Shown piece by piece: positions 7,771 to 17,253 of a stretch of 64,000 nucleotides of DNA. Origin of the DNA: Clostridia bacterium (lineage in GTDB: Bacteria > Bacillota > Peptococcia > DRI-13 > SM3-B62); NCBI GenBank assembly GCA_018433675.1, contig JAHDQS010000006.1, positions 66,425 through 130,424 on the forward strand, written 5' to 3'. Each line of letters opens with the position of its first letter. The first letter of the stretch is position 1. A program made the position numbers and the translations under genes. The notes beneath the pieces are model-generated. The model saw only the letters and a list, made by a program, of their open reading frames with translations. It did no database searches and was not told where the DNA came from.

Positions 7771-8871
7771 TTAGATTGCCCGGTACGTCTCACGAGCCTC
7801 CCTTTTTCTTGCCAAAAGATCCACAAACGCTTCCAGGCGTGTATTTAGGCCTTCCTCCCCTGCCTGTTCGTCTAGGTATATTGTCATAACAGGAATATCC
7901 AGGTCTTCACTAACCTTAGGGAAAATACAGTGCGCTACTATTTCAGGCATGCAGGTAAGCGGAGCTATATGAATAATCCCGTCAAAACCATTATTCGCAA
8001 AAAATACCCCCGCACCAATTGACTCGATTCCATGTCCCCCAACAAAATGGTTAAGGTACGGTTTAGCATAATTCTTATATTCCTCTTGACCCTTACGTCT
8101 AAAGAAACCTCCTAAAAGATGTCCGTTCACCCAATCACTGAGATAAATTGACCTGACAACATGGGCCCCCATCCTTCCGAGTTTTCTTTCAACATCACCG
8201 CTGGCAAAGGGTTCCAAGAGAGTATATATTTCACCAACCAAACCTATCTTCAACACATCCATATCTTCATTCTGCGGAATATGCTGTAATTTTTGCCTGG
8301 CAAGACCGGCTGCCTCTTCTAACTCAGTATTGTTGTTTGCCCTGTCTATTGTGGAAAGAGCCTGCTTAAAAATACGGTCCGCTGTGCCTTCAGCCCGCTC
8401 ACGAGGACGCACGGACTCCACGACTCTTTCTAACGAATCAATACAGCACGCCTTGCGGTATCCCAGATGAATACCTTGCAGGACCCTCAGCCATGAGGCA
8501 GAACCGGTGATTTTCCTAACCCTTCTAACGAATTGCCATATTCCCTTGTCTGGGGGCTCGATTATCAGAGCATCGTAATCAATACCGAGTTCTCCCAGTA
8601 TTTCCGCTTCAAGTTGCCCGTAGAGCCCGAAACGGCATGGACCTACACCGCCGGCCATTAAGAACGTATCGGCTCCATGCTCCTTAGCCTCAATGAAGTT
8701 GCCGATATTTATCTTTAAGGGAAGGCAAGCGAACTCAGGGGCATACTGTGTACCCAACACAATTGTTCTTTTACTTGTCATAGGAGGTACAACAACTGTA
8801 AGCCCGATGTATTCCAGCATCCCTCGTAGCGGTATCCAGGTATTCCCCATATGGGGGAAAGTTATTTTCAT
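7771..8871 (-). CDS. 2-hydroxyacyl-CoA-dehydratase-like / 'CoA enzyme activase-associated' domain protein (DUF2229-like), paralog 2
   Basis: Start moved to the ATG at 8869-8871 (MKITFPHMGN) with a GGAGGAG RBS. The track ORF extension to 9036 overlaps the upstream gene. Family assignment is from memory of the non-ATPase parts of large CoA-substrate-specific enzyme activase proteins. It shares motifs with the gene upstream. Confidence 0.55.
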   Translation of the reverse strand: MKITFPHMGNTWIPLRGMLEYIGLTVVVPPMTSKRTIVLGTQYAPEFACLPLKINIGNFIEAKEHGADTFLMAGGVGPCRFGLYGQLEAEILGELGIDYDALIIEPPDKGIWQFVRRVRKITGSASWLRVLQGIHLGYRKACCIDSLERVVESVRPRERAEGTADRIFKQALSTIDRANNNTELEEAAGLARQKLQHIPQNEDMDVLKIGLVGEIYTLLEPFASGDVERKLGRMGAHVVRSIYLSDWVNGHLLGGFFRRKGQEEYKNYAKPYLNHFVGGHGIESIGAGVFFANNGFDGIIHIAPLTCMPEIVAHCIFPKVSEDLDIPVMTIYLDEQAGEEGLNTRLEAFVDLLARKREARETYRAI

Positions 8872-9814
8872 AGTGTTTTCTCCTCCAACGCAGCATATCA
8901 AGAAACGCTTCGACTCTAGTCTCCAAACCGGCTTGTCCCGTATGTTCGTCCAGGGTAATGATAAGATACGGTATCCCGGCTTTTTTAAAATGCCTCTCCG
9001 CCATATTACCAATAAAAGAATCAATTCCGCAACCAAAAGTCGTTAAAATAATGGCTCCCTTCCTGCCCGGCATCCGAGAAAACCAAAAAGCCGATCCTAA
9101 TAACTGTTTTCCGTATGTCCAAAAAGGCCTCTTTTTTAAACCTCTTACCTCTCTTTCCAGAAACTCATCCGAAATATTTTCCGGTAGAATAACCCTACAT
9201 CTTGCCTCGTTTAGCTTTTCAAGCAGATTCATGTTTAAATAACGGTCATGGGCGACATAACAATGACTCAAAACCAAAACATTCAATACCTCTGAATCAT
9301 TGTCTTTCAGGCCTTCTTTTATCCATAATTCTTTGCTGATCGTATGGTCGTACCTTGTCTGTTCCTTTTTCGCTTCCAGCCAGGCCTGCTTTAATCTCTT
9401 TTTACCGCAGGAAAAGTATGGCGAAAGCTCTCGAATGTATTCCTCATCCTTCTCCCCTCCAATGTTATTAATCAGCGGAGAAATTAAAGGTGGATAATCC
9501 TTTTTAGCTGCAGCCGCCATATCTGGCAAGCCCATAACCTTAGGACAAATATAGGCCTTTTTTTCAATGCTAACTATCCTTGGTACAAAAAGATAATCGA
9601 CAGCGCAATCAGACAACCAGTCAAGATGTCCAAAAAATATTTTTACCGGCAGACAGACCTCATCTACAACCGACGCCGCCCCCCGATCAATGGTCGCTTT
9701 GTTTGTCTCGTCCGAAATCTTTACCTCGTAGCCAATTTTCTCAAAAAAAACAGGCCAAAGCCTGGAAAACCTATAATATAATAATGCTCTGGGTATCCCA
9801 ACTTTACATGCCAA
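8771..9814 (-). CDS. 2-hydroxyacyl-CoA-dehydratase-like / DUF2229-like protein, paralog 1 (start uncertain)
   Basis: Family-typical N-terminus KVGIPRALLYYRF. I place the start at the TTG at 9812-9814, which has an AAGGGGG RBS 9 nt upstream, rather than the track ATG at 9949 that overlaps sigF. The C-terminus IPYLIITLDEHTGQAGLETRVEAFLDML parallels paralog 2. The 3' end overlaps the next gene by 101 nt. Confidence 0.5.
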   Translation of the reverse strand: MACKVGIPRALLYYRFSRLWPVFFEKIGYEVKISDETNKATIDRGAASVVDEVCLPVKIFFGHLDWLSDCAVDYLFVPRIVSIEKKAYICPKVMGLPDMAAAAKKDYPPLISPLINNIGGEKDEEYIRELSPYFSCGKKRLKQAWLEAKKEQTRYDHTISKELWIKEGLKDNDSEVLNVLVLSHCYVAHDRYLNMNLLEKLNEARCRVILPENISDEFLEREVRGLKKRPFWTYGKQLLGSAFWFSRMPGRKGAIILTTFGCGIDSFIGNMAERHFKKAGIPYLIITLDEHTGQAGLETRVEAFLDMLRWRRKHYENNFPPYGEYLDTATRDAGIHRAYSCCTSYDK

Positions 9815-9855
9815 GAAGCAAATCCCCCTTAAAAGATATCGTTGTATTCCCCTGA

Positions 9856-9885
9856 TAGTATTCTGCAAGCGTACCTTTCTTATAC
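9856..9885 (-). promoter_or_regulatory. Candidate forespore-type (sigma-G/sigma-F-like) promoter
   Basis: The minus strand reads GTATA-N18-AATACTA, against the B. subtilis sigma-G consensus GHATR-N17/18-CATXHTA (5/5 and 6/7 matches). It lies about 40 nt upstream of the proposed TTG start. Pattern match only. Confidence 0.3.
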
Positions 9886-9920
9886 GTATTATGGGTTTAT
9901 GGTTTTTGCAGAGGTTCTTT

Positions 9921-10709
9921 TTAACCGGTCTGGAAAGCATCCTCACCAAGCAAATATCTGAACCTTTTTAAGGCCTGTCTTTCGATCCTGGAAACCTGTA
10001 CCTGAGATAAACCGACAGACTCAGCTACCTCCGTCTGCGTCTTATCATAAAAAAAACGCATCAAAATAATCTCCCGCTCTTTTTCCGGCAGCTTCTGCAT
10101 AACCTCCTTCAGCGCAATACGGTCAAACCAAACATTATCTTCTCCTTTATCACTGCTGAGCTGGTCTATTATATAGATTGGATCACCATCGTCCTGATAA
10201 AGGGTTTCATGTATAGAGGTCGGCATTTGTGAAGCCTCCATGCTGGAAACGATCTCTTCCATAGTTAGATTAAGGGCCTCTCCAATCTCCTGTATCGTTG
10301 GCTCCCTACCCTTTTCCTTGGCGATTATTTCACGGGTTTTGCTGATTTTATAAGCATTTTCCTTAAGTGAGCGACTTACCTTAACAGGACTGTCGTCACG
10401 CAAGAAACGCCGTATTTCTCCAATAATCATTGGCACGGCATAAGTAGAAAACTTGACATTATATGACATATCAAATTTATCAATAGCCTTAATTAACCCT
10501 ATTGTACCGATTTGGAAAAGATCCTCTAACTCATATCCTCTGCCGGCAAATCTTTGTACAAGATTAAATACCAAGCGAAGATTACAATTAATAAGTTTTT
10601 CCCTGGCCTGTTCTTCGCCTTCGCGGGACCTGAGCAACAAATCCGTCATCTCCTCATCCCGCAGGAGGGGAAAACGGGGCAAATTCATTTCCGATAACCT
10701 TATATTCAT
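9921..10709 (-). CDS. sigF: Sporulation sigma factor SigF
   Basis: 262 aa. NLRLVFNLVQRFAGRGYELEDLFQIGTIGLIKAIDKFD (region 2) and a region 4 HTH (TQTEVAESVGLSQVQVSRIERQAL). Third gene after spoIIAA-spoIIAB. Confidence 0.93.
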   Translation of the reverse strand: MNIRLSEMNLPRFPLLRDEEMTDLLLRSREGEEQAREKLINCNLRLVFNLVQRFAGRGYELEDLFQIGTIGLIKAIDKFDMSYNVKFSTYAVPMIIGEIRRFLRDDSPVKVSRSLKENAYKISKTREIIAKEKGREPTIQEIGEALNLTMEEIVSSMEASQMPTSIHETLYQDDGDPIYIIDQLSSDKGEDNVWFDRIALKEVMQKLPEKEREIILMRFFYDKTQTEVAESVGLSQVQVSRIERQALKRFRYLLGEDAFQTG

Positions 10710-10722
10710 CCTTGTTCCCTCA

Positions 10723-11178
10723 TTACGAAACCGCCTTGTTTTTTACACCACTACTGCTAATCTTCTTGCGCAGGGTCACTGTTGTACCTAAATTAACTTG
10801 CGAATCAACTACAACCTCATCCATAAAAGATTGCATAAAGACAAAACCAAGTCCCATTCGTTCCGGATCTGAAGAAAAGGCAGGCTGCAACGCTTGCTTG
10901 ATATCCTTGATACCGACTCCCTCATCCTTCACTTCCACCTCAAGCCAATCCTCATACAGGGTACAAACCAGCCTAACAGTCTTTTCCGGATTGTTTTGAT
11001 AACCATGAATAATGGCGTTTGATACGGCTTCGGACGTGGCCACCTTAATTTCCTCAAGTTCACTGAGGGTTACCGACAATTGTGCGGCCAAGGCTGCGAC
11101 TGTTACCCTGGATAAAGACACGTTCTCTGCCCTACCGTCAAATTCCAATATTATCCTATTCTTAACTATTCTATCCAT
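10723..11178 (-). CDS. spoIIAB: Anti-sigma-F factor / serine kinase SpoIIAB
   Basis: 151 aa, HATPase-type N box (EAVSNAIIHG) and G box (ERMGLGF), with operon position between spoIIAA and sigF. Confidence 0.92.
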   Translation of the reverse strand: MDRIVKNRIILEFDGRAENVSLSRVTVAALAAQLSVTLSELEEIKVATSEAVSNAIIHGYQNNPEKTVRLVCTLYEDWLEVEVKDEGVGIKDIKQALQPAFSSDPERMGLGFVFMQSFMDEVVVDSQVNLGTTVTLRKKISSSGVKNKAVS

Positions 11179-11180
11179 TT

Positions 11181-11540
11181 TTATGCCCCCTTAAATGCCT
11201 TTTTAGCAATAATTTCCCAAGATTCCTTTTCCGAGCTGCAAAAAGGTATAAAGGACAGTATCCCTGACATTTCCAAAATCCTTTTGATATTCTCGTTCAT
11301 CCCACAAAGCACCATTACACCATTTTGAGCTTTTATTTTCCTGTATCTTCCCAATATTACTCCTATTCCTGAACTATCGATAAAACCCGCTTTATCTAAA
11401 TCTATAATCATATTTCTTACCAATGCCCCCGCCATGGCCTTTTCCACAATTTCACGAAATTCTTGTGCCGTAAGCATGTCCAACTCCCCTACAACCTTGA
11501 CCACCAACGTGTCGTTCTTATTCTGCAGGATATGGGTCAT
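11181..11540 (-). CDS. spoIIAA: Anti-sigma-F factor antagonist SpoIIAA (STAS domain)
   Basis: 119 aa. The phosphorylatable-serine motif FIDSSGIGVILG is present. First gene of the spoIIA operon. Confidence 0.92.
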   Translation of the reverse strand: MTHILQNKNDTLVVKVVGELDMLTAQEFREIVEKAMAGALVRNMIIDLDKAGFIDSSGIGVILGRYRKIKAQNGVMVLCGMNENIKRILEMSGILSFIPFCSSEKESWEIIAKKAFKGA

Positions 11541-11640
11541 CCGGTCTTCCTCCCTTGTCTGTTTTATATTATCTTTCTAGATATTTTTCTTTTCTCCTGC
11601 TAAATTATGGTAATTATTTAGCATACACCCGATAGTGTAA

Positions 11641-11664
11641 AAAAACCGGGTGTCCCCGGTTTTT
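11641..11664 (-). terminator. Intrinsic terminator after dacF (bidirectional shape)
   Basis: AAAAACCGGG-TGTC-CCCGGTTTTT, a 10-bp stem flanked by A and T runs, about 20 nt after the dacF stop. Confidence 0.7.
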
Positions 11665-11683
11665 CCGTTTATACTGTTACAAC

Positions 11684-12865
11684 TTATCCCGTTACGACTA
11701 CCCGCAGCATTTTTTTGAATTCCATAAACAAGGAGCCTTTATCTATTTCTTCACCGGCCAAGAGATTAGTCCGCTCAATAACCTCATCATTCTGCATAAC
11801 CGACACATATCCTAATACCTCACCCTCTTTAATGGGTGCATCGATCATCTCCGCTAATTCTACGACAGTAGTCAGCTCCTTCTCATTGCCCTTTTTTACC
11901 GTCGCTCCCACCTTTTTATCCGGTACTGCCTTTACCTCTTCCTTTACACCTTTCCCTACCTGCACCATTCCTAGCGGCTCATTTTCCGGGTAAAACTCCT
12001 TAAACACATACTGTGAATATCCCCAATTAAACAGGACCTTTGTATCGGCGAAATGTCCGCTCATCACCGGAACCCCCATTACCACCGAGACAAACCTAAG
12101 TCCGTCCCTTTCACAAGTTCCTGTGAAACAATACTTGGCGTCACTCGTCCAACCGGTCTTGAAGCCGTCTGTCCCTTCATACTGCCACAAAAGCTTATTC
12201 TTATTATCATATTGGAAAGGATTTTTCGTCTCTTCTCTGATTCGATAGTGCTTAACAGTGCATATTTCCAAAAGCTCCGGGAAGCGCAAAGCATATAAAC
12301 CGAGCTTTCCAAAATCGTATGCCGTCGTGTAATGATCAGGATCGTGTAAACCATTGCAATTGACAAAATGAGTGTTTTTCATCCCCAGTTCCGTTGCTTT
12401 CTCGTTCATCATCCTGACAAATTCTTCATGGGTCCCGGCAATATATTCGGCTACAGCCACACTGGCGTCATTACCCGAGGCCAACGCAATACCTAAGAGA
12501 AGCTCTTTCAATGTAAGCTTTTCATTAGGGGCCAGAAATATCTGAGAGCCTCCGTATGACGCGGCGTTCTCGCTGGCAGTCACCACGTCCGACATCTGTA
12601 CTTTCCCTTCCTCAAGGGCTTCCATCGCCAAGACAAGGGTCATCAGTTTCGTCATACTGGCCGGATACATTAACTTATGGGGGTCTTTTTCATAAAGGAT
12701 TTTTCCTGAGTGGGCATCAATAAGCACCGCCGACTCCCCCGTCAGAGGAAGCTCAACTCCTGACGCATACAGCGGGCATACCACTAAAATAAACAATGTC
12801 AAAACCGTTGTTATCCATACTATTCCAGTATTCCTCTTGCCGACCAAAAAAGCCACCTCCCGCAA
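11684..12865 (-). CDS. dacF: D-alanyl-D-alanine carboxypeptidase (sporulation PBP, DacF-like)
   Basis: SxxK (PASMTKLM), SxN (LASGNDAS) and KTG (FKTGWT) motifs. It lies immediately upstream of spoIIAA, as in B. subtilis. The track start is a TTG, so the exact start is uncertain. Confidence 0.85.
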   Translation of the reverse strand: MREVAFLVGKRNTGIVWITTVLTLFILVVCPLYASGVELPLTGESAVLIDAHSGKILYEKDPHKLMYPASMTKLMTLVLAMEALEEGKVQMSDVVTASENAASYGGSQIFLAPNEKLTLKELLLGIALASGNDASVAVAEYIAGTHEEFVRMMNEKATELGMKNTHFVNCNGLHDPDHYTTAYDFGKLGLYALRFPELLEICTVKHYRIREETKNPFQYDNKNKLLWQYEGTDGFKTGWTSDAKYCFTGTCERDGLRFVSVVMGVPVMSGHFADTKVLFNWGYSQYVFKEFYPENEPLGMVQVGKGVKEEVKAVPDKKVGATVKKGNEKELTTVVELAEMIDAPIKEGEVLGYVSVMQNDEVIERTNLLAGEEIDKGSLFMEFKKMLRVVVTG

Positions 12866-13012
12866 TTTCCTTCATAAATATCAACTCCATTAAAGCAAGC
12901 TTAAGTACATTTTTCCCTTATTGGAGCTGAACTATGTAATTTACCTTGATTATAGTGTTAATTACGGAAATACTTCGGGAGCTTTTTTGCTCGCAGCAAA
13001 ACGTTAAACCGT

Positions 13013-14338
13013 TTAGTACTCTTCATATCCTCTTTTTGTTACCACCCCGTATAACAGCTTTTGCGGCGGAACATAGTTTTCACTGAAGCTTACAGCGTTT
13101 TTGATAATTTCCAAAGCATCTGTCAGATTATCTTCTCTATTGTAATGAACTTCAGCAATGACTTGCCCCTCTTTTAGATAATCCCCGGTTCTTGCGTGAA
13201 ATCTTAAGCCAACGGTCGGATCAATCACATCATCCTTTGTTCTCCTGCCTGCGCCCAAAAGCATTGCTGCCTGCCCAATGGCCTGCGCATCATTGATTAT
13301 CAACCAGCCTTCCTGCCAAGACTTTATCACCTTTTGATATTTAGCTTTAGGCAACAAATCGGTATTTTCCACCACTGCCGGGTTACCACCCTGAGCTGCT
13401 ATCATTTCGGCAAGCTTTTCCAGTGCCAACCCTTTATCTAAAATCCCCTCCAGCTTTTGGTAGGCTTCGGTAAAACCCTCGGCTTTTCTTGCCAAAACAA
13501 GCATCTGAGAACCTAAAACAAGAGAAAGCTCACGCAACCTCCCCTCGGCCATTCCTTTTAAAACCGTAATCGCTTCCTCAACCTCTAAGGCATTTCCCAC
13601 GGCATTTCCCAGTGGCTCGTTCATATCCGAAATAATCGCAATCGTCTCCCTGCCTGCCGATTCTCCTATTTTCACCATCGTCTTTGCCAGTTCAAGGGCT
13701 TCTTCCTTTGTTTTCATAAAAGCACCGCTGCCTGTTTTAACATCCAGAAGTATAGCTTCAGCCCCGGCTGCAATTTTTTTACTCATAATACTTCCGGCTA
13801 TCAAAGGAATCGAATCAACAGTACCGGTCACATCACGCAAGGCATACAGTTTTTTATCGGCAGGCACAAGCCGGCCGCTTTGACTTGTGACCGCCAAACC
13901 GACGGTATTAAGCTGTCGAACGAAAGTCTTTGGATCCAGAGAAGTTTTCAGCCCCGGAATGCTCTCCAGTTTATCAATTGTTCCCCCCGTATGTCCCAAT
14001 CCACGTCCGGCCATTTTTGCCACCGGAACTCCTGCCGCCGCAACCAGAGGAGCGACTACCAGCGTAGTGGTATCAGCGACCCCGCCGGTACTGTGTTTGT
14101 CTACTTTAATACCCGGTACAGCGGAAAGGTCCATGGTGTCACCTGAATCGGCCAGGGCAACGGCAAAATGCACTGTCTCCTGGGCGGTCATTCCTTTAAA
14201 ATATACGGCCATGCAAAAAGCAGCCATCTGATAATCAGGGATATCTCCATTTATATAGCCGTTTATCAGATGTTTTATTTCTCCCGCTGTCAGTTCAGCC
14301 CCATCTCTTTTCTTAATCAGCAAATCGACAGTCCTCAT
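13013..14338 (-). CDS. pdp: Pyrimidine-nucleoside phosphorylase
   Basis: 441 aa. Motifs DKHSTGGVADTTTL and GRGLGHTGGTIDKLE are present. Adjacent to deoB. Confidence 0.9.
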   Translation of the reverse strand: MRTVDLLIKKRDGAELTAGEIKHLINGYINGDIPDYQMAAFCMAVYFKGMTAQETVHFAVALADSGDTMDLSAVPGIKVDKHSTGGVADTTTLVVAPLVAAAGVPVAKMAGRGLGHTGGTIDKLESIPGLKTSLDPKTFVRQLNTVGLAVTSQSGRLVPADKKLYALRDVTGTVDSIPLIAGSIMSKKIAAGAEAILLDVKTGSGAFMKTKEEALELAKTMVKIGESAGRETIAIISDMNEPLGNAVGNALEVEEAITVLKGMAEGRLRELSLVLGSQMLVLARKAEGFTEAYQKLEGILDKGLALEKLAEMIAAQGGNPAVVENTDLLPKAKYQKVIKSWQEGWLIINDAQAIGQAAMLLGAGRRTKDDVIDPTVGLRFHARTGDYLKEGQVIAEVHYNREDNLTDALEIIKNAVSFSENYVPPQKLLYGVVTKRGYEEY

Positions 14339-14344
14339 CGTCTA

Positions 14345-15526
14345 TCATCCTTTCACCTCACATTTTGCCAAGGAAAAGAAACTCTCACCGGGTGATTCAT
14401 ACGACAAGGCGAATATCTCAGCAATAGTAGCCGCAATATCGGCAAAGGTCTTACGCACTCCCAGGTTTGTTCCTGCTGTAATGCCTTTTCCATAAACTAA
14501 AAGCGGCACGTACTCCCTGCTGTGGTCTGTACTGGGAGTAGTAGGATCATTACCGTGATCGGCAGTGATGATTAAAAACCCTTCTTTTTCAACCATTTTC
14601 ATCAAAGCAGGAAGCTCCCTGTCGAACTCCTCGAGCTTCTCGGCATAACCGATCGGGTTATTGCGGTGACCATACAAGGAATCGAACTCAACAAGATTGG
14701 CAAAAATGATTCCGCTTTTTAGCCGCGGCCAGATTTTTTTAACACTTTCGATTCCTTCTTCATTGCTTTTTGTCGGCTGACTTTCCGTCAATCCCTTGCC
14801 GGCGAAAATGTCACTAATTTTCCCAACACCGATCACCTCATGACCTTTTTCCTTCAAACAATCCAATATTGTCGGCTGCGGGGGCTGCAAGGAATAATCA
14901 TGTCTGTGAGGTGTCCGTACGAAGCTTCCCGGTTTACCGCCGAAGGGTCTGGCTATAACCCGACCTACGGCAAGTTTTCCGGTCAGCATTTCCCTAGCGA
15001 TTTCGCAAATCTCATAAAGCACATCCAGAGGTATTACCTCCTCATGTGCCGCTATCTGAAAAACGCTGTCGGCCGAGGTGTACACTATAGGGTATCCGGT
15101 TTTTATGTGCTCCTCTCCCAACTCCTCGATTATTTCCGTGCCTGAAGCAGCCTTATTACCTAAGGTTCCTCTCCCGATCCTCTTTTCAAAGCTTTTCATA
15201 AATTCGGCAGGAAACCCTTTGGGAAAAGTAGGCAGAGGATCTTTCGTTATTATTCCTGCAATTTCCCAATGCCCGGTTGTGGTATCTTTTCCCCGGGAAA
15301 GCTCCGCCATTTTACCGTAAACGCCTTTTATAGCGCCGGTATGAATCAACTGTTCAGCCGCGACCAACTTGCCGATGCCTAAAGCTGAAAGATGCGGAAG
15401 TCGTAAGTCTTTCACCTCGGCAGCAATATTACCAAGAGTATTTGATCCTTCGTCTCCATACAAGGCAGCATCCGGCAAGGCACCTATACCAACACTGTCA
15501 AGGACTATCAACATAACCTTCTCCAT
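14345..15526 (-). CDS. deoB: Phosphopentomutase
   Basis: 393 aa. N-terminal VLDSVGIG and the metal-binding [10 protein letters not shown] motif. Confidence 0.9.
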   Translation of the reverse strand: MEKVMLIVLDSVGIGALPDAALYGDEGSNTLGNIAAEVKDLRLPHLSALGIGKLVAAEQLIHTGAIKGVYGKMAELSRGKDTTTGHWEIAGIITKDPLPTFPKGFPAEFMKSFEKRIGRGTLGNKAASGTEIIEELGEEHIKTGYPIVYTSADSVFQIAAHEEVIPLDVLYEICEIAREMLTGKLAVGRVIARPFGGKPGSFVRTPHRHDYSLQPPQPTILDCLKEKGHEVIGVGKISDIFAGKGLTESQPTKSNEEGIESVKKIWPRLKSGIIFANLVEFDSLYGHRNNPIGYAEKLEEFDRELPALMKMVEKEGFLIITADHGNDPTTPSTDHSREYVPLLVYGKGITAGTNLGVRKTFADIAATIAEIFALSYESPGESFFSLAKCEVKG

Positions 15527-15573
15527 TATTTCTCCCCCTTTTTAATACTACAACCTATCCTTCATTATGCACA

Positions 15574-16470
15574 TTATGCACGCGGATGTGTTCGGATATA
15601 TATTTCTTTGAGCTTGCTCTTTGTTAAATGGGTATATATCTGCGTAGTTGCAACATCGGCATGTCCTAATAATTCCTGGACCGACCTTAAATCGGCACCG
15701 TTGAGCAAAAGATGTGTCGCAAACGAGTGTCTTAGTGTATGCGGGGTAATGGACTTAACTATACCTTTTTTCTTAGCATGTGCTTTAATGATCTTCCAAA
15801 AGCCCTGCCTTGTCAGTCGCCTGCCATGATAATTCAAAAAAAGCGCGGTTATCGAAGGTATTTTCAATAGCTGCGGACGTCCGTATTTAAGATAATCGGA
15901 AAGCGAACCTGCGGCGAAAGATCCCAACGGTATAATACGCTCCTTATCACCCTTACCCAAGCAACGAACATAGCCCATTTCCAAATCTAACTGCGGTATA
16001 TCGAGATTAACTAATTCCGAAACACGCATTCCGGTGGCATATAGCAGTTCCAGCATAGCCTTGTCCCGTAAATTCAGAGGATCATCATCCCTTGAAAACT
16101 GCAAGAGCCTGCTGACTTCTTCTTCCGTCATAACATTCGGCAGCTTTTGGGGTAGTTTGGGAGCCTCCAAATGTACCGCCGGATCCTCTTCGAGCAGCTT
16201 TTCCATGCATAAAAAACGAAAGAACCCCTTGAGCGATGCCATCTGCCTGGCTATTGTCGACGGGGATGCTTTTTCTTTATGAAGGTAATGAAAATATGCA
16301 GACAAAATATTTCTATCCGTCTTCTCTATGTTTTCGATACCTCTTGATTTTATATATAAAAAATATTTATTTATATCCCTTTTATAAGCTTGCAGGGTAT
16401 TGTCGGCCAAGCCTTTTTCCACCTCTAAATACTCCAAAAATCCGGTCAACAGCTCGTACAAAGATACCAC
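15574..16470 (-). CDS. xerD: Site-specific tyrosine recombinase XerD
   Basis: 298 aa. R-H-R-Y catalytic set (ATGMRVSEL, HTLRHSFATHLL, LGHADVATTQIYTH). Synteny with deoB as for B. subtilis ripX. Confidence 0.88.
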   Translation of the reverse strand: MVSLYELLTGFLEYLEVEKGLADNTLQAYKRDINKYFLYIKSRGIENIEKTDRNILSAYFHYLHKEKASPSTIARQMASLKGFFRFLCMEKLLEEDPAVHLEAPKLPQKLPNVMTEEEVSRLLQFSRDDDPLNLRDKAMLELLYATGMRVSELVNLDIPQLDLEMGYVRCLGKGDKERIIPLGSFAAGSLSDYLKYGRPQLLKIPSITALFLNYHGRRLTRQGFWKIIKAHAKKKGIVKSITPHTLRHSFATHLLLNGADLRSVQELLGHADVATTQIYTHLTKSKLKEIYIRTHPRA

Positions 16471-16543
16471 ATCCCTTTTGTGGAAATATACTTCCTATTT
16501 CCACAAAAGGGCAGCTTTCTCCTGCCCCGATTATCTTTATCAA

Positions 16544-16744
16544 CTAATCATGAAGCTGTTCTCCCTGGACCTTCACCGGTTGCAGCAGCACATCGTCCTG
16601 TAAACTGTCAGTCGGAGTCGTAGCGGTCGTGCTATCGAAGCTTACAAATTTACTTAACCCCCAGCTCAAACCACCGATAATCACCACCGCGACCAAAAGT
16701 ACAAACAGCTTCTCCCTCCATCTTTTCACTGTAATAACACGCAT
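16544..16744 (-). CDS. Small single-pass membrane protein, unknown function
   Basis: 66-aa ORF with one clear TM segment (LFVLLVAVVIIGGLSWGL). Same strand as xerD and just upstream of it. Confidence 0.4.
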   Translation of the reverse strand: MRVITVKRWREKLFVLLVAVVIIGGLSWGLSKFVSFDSTTATTPTDSLQDDVLLQPVKVQGEQLHD

Positions 16745-16806
16745 AGTCTCCCCCCCTTTTTCTATACTATATATGTCACACCTTTCTTCCTTAGAATTTT
16801 TCTTAT

Positions 16807-16831
16807 AAAAAAAGGCGGTAAATTAACCGCC
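16807..16831 (-). terminator. Intrinsic terminator overlapping the stop of 16823..17191
   Basis: The minus strand reads GGCGGT-TAATTT-ACCGCC followed by TTTTTTTATAAG. Confidence 0.7.
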
Positions 16832-17191
16832 CAACCCCGTATTTCCATTAGTAGCTTCCATCTCAAAAAATCTTTCCTTCAAGGCCTTGACCGCAGCTTC
16901 GCCGACACCCAATTCGCTTGCCATTTCCTCATCGGCCCTGTTATTCTTCACACCTTCAACAAAAGTATCGTAGTCCACACCCATTTCTTCACAAACATAT
17001 TCCATGCTTTCTTCTGTTCCCCATGGTGCTCCAAATGCTCCCGTACCCTTTTGGGCAGATTCGGTTGCCGCTTCCTTAGTCCCTCCTGTCGCATCAACGA
17101 CACGAGCTGATCCCAGTTCTGTTCCAACCCAGGCAGCCTCTGTCGGCATTCTTTTTTTATCCTTTTCCCTGTCATTTTTTACGTACTCCAT
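16823..17191 (-). CDS. Hypothetical acidic protein (122 aa)
   Basis: Good RBS (AAGGGGA, 6 nt spacer) and its own terminator. I recognise no family. The C-terminal half (EEMASELGVGEAAVKALKERF) looks HTH-like. Confidence 0.5.
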   Translation of the reverse strand: MEYVKNDREKDKKRMPTEAAWVGTELGSARVVDATGGTKEAATESAQKGTGAFGAPWGTEESMEYVCEEMGVDYDTFVEGVKNNRADEEMASELGVGEAAVKALKERFFEMEATNGNTGLGG

Positions 17192-17253
17192 AATACATCC
17201 CCTTCCCTTTGCCTAATCAAATCCTTTAGTATTATGCTCAACTTCCTCAGTTA

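Noticed and set aside
8872-9036. N-terminal extension of the 7771 ORF in the track (55 extra codons)
   Set aside because: The extension lies inside the upstream paralog's coding region. The family-typical start MKITFPHMGN has a GGAGGAG RBS.
9815-9949. N-terminal extension of the 8771 ORF that overlaps the sigF 3' end
   Set aside because: The basic, low-complexity extension (MVRMLSRPVKKNLCKNHKPIIRIRK...) overlaps sigF by 29 nt. A TTG with an AAGGGGG RBS precedes the conserved KVGIPRALLYY start. The start nevertheless remains uncertain.
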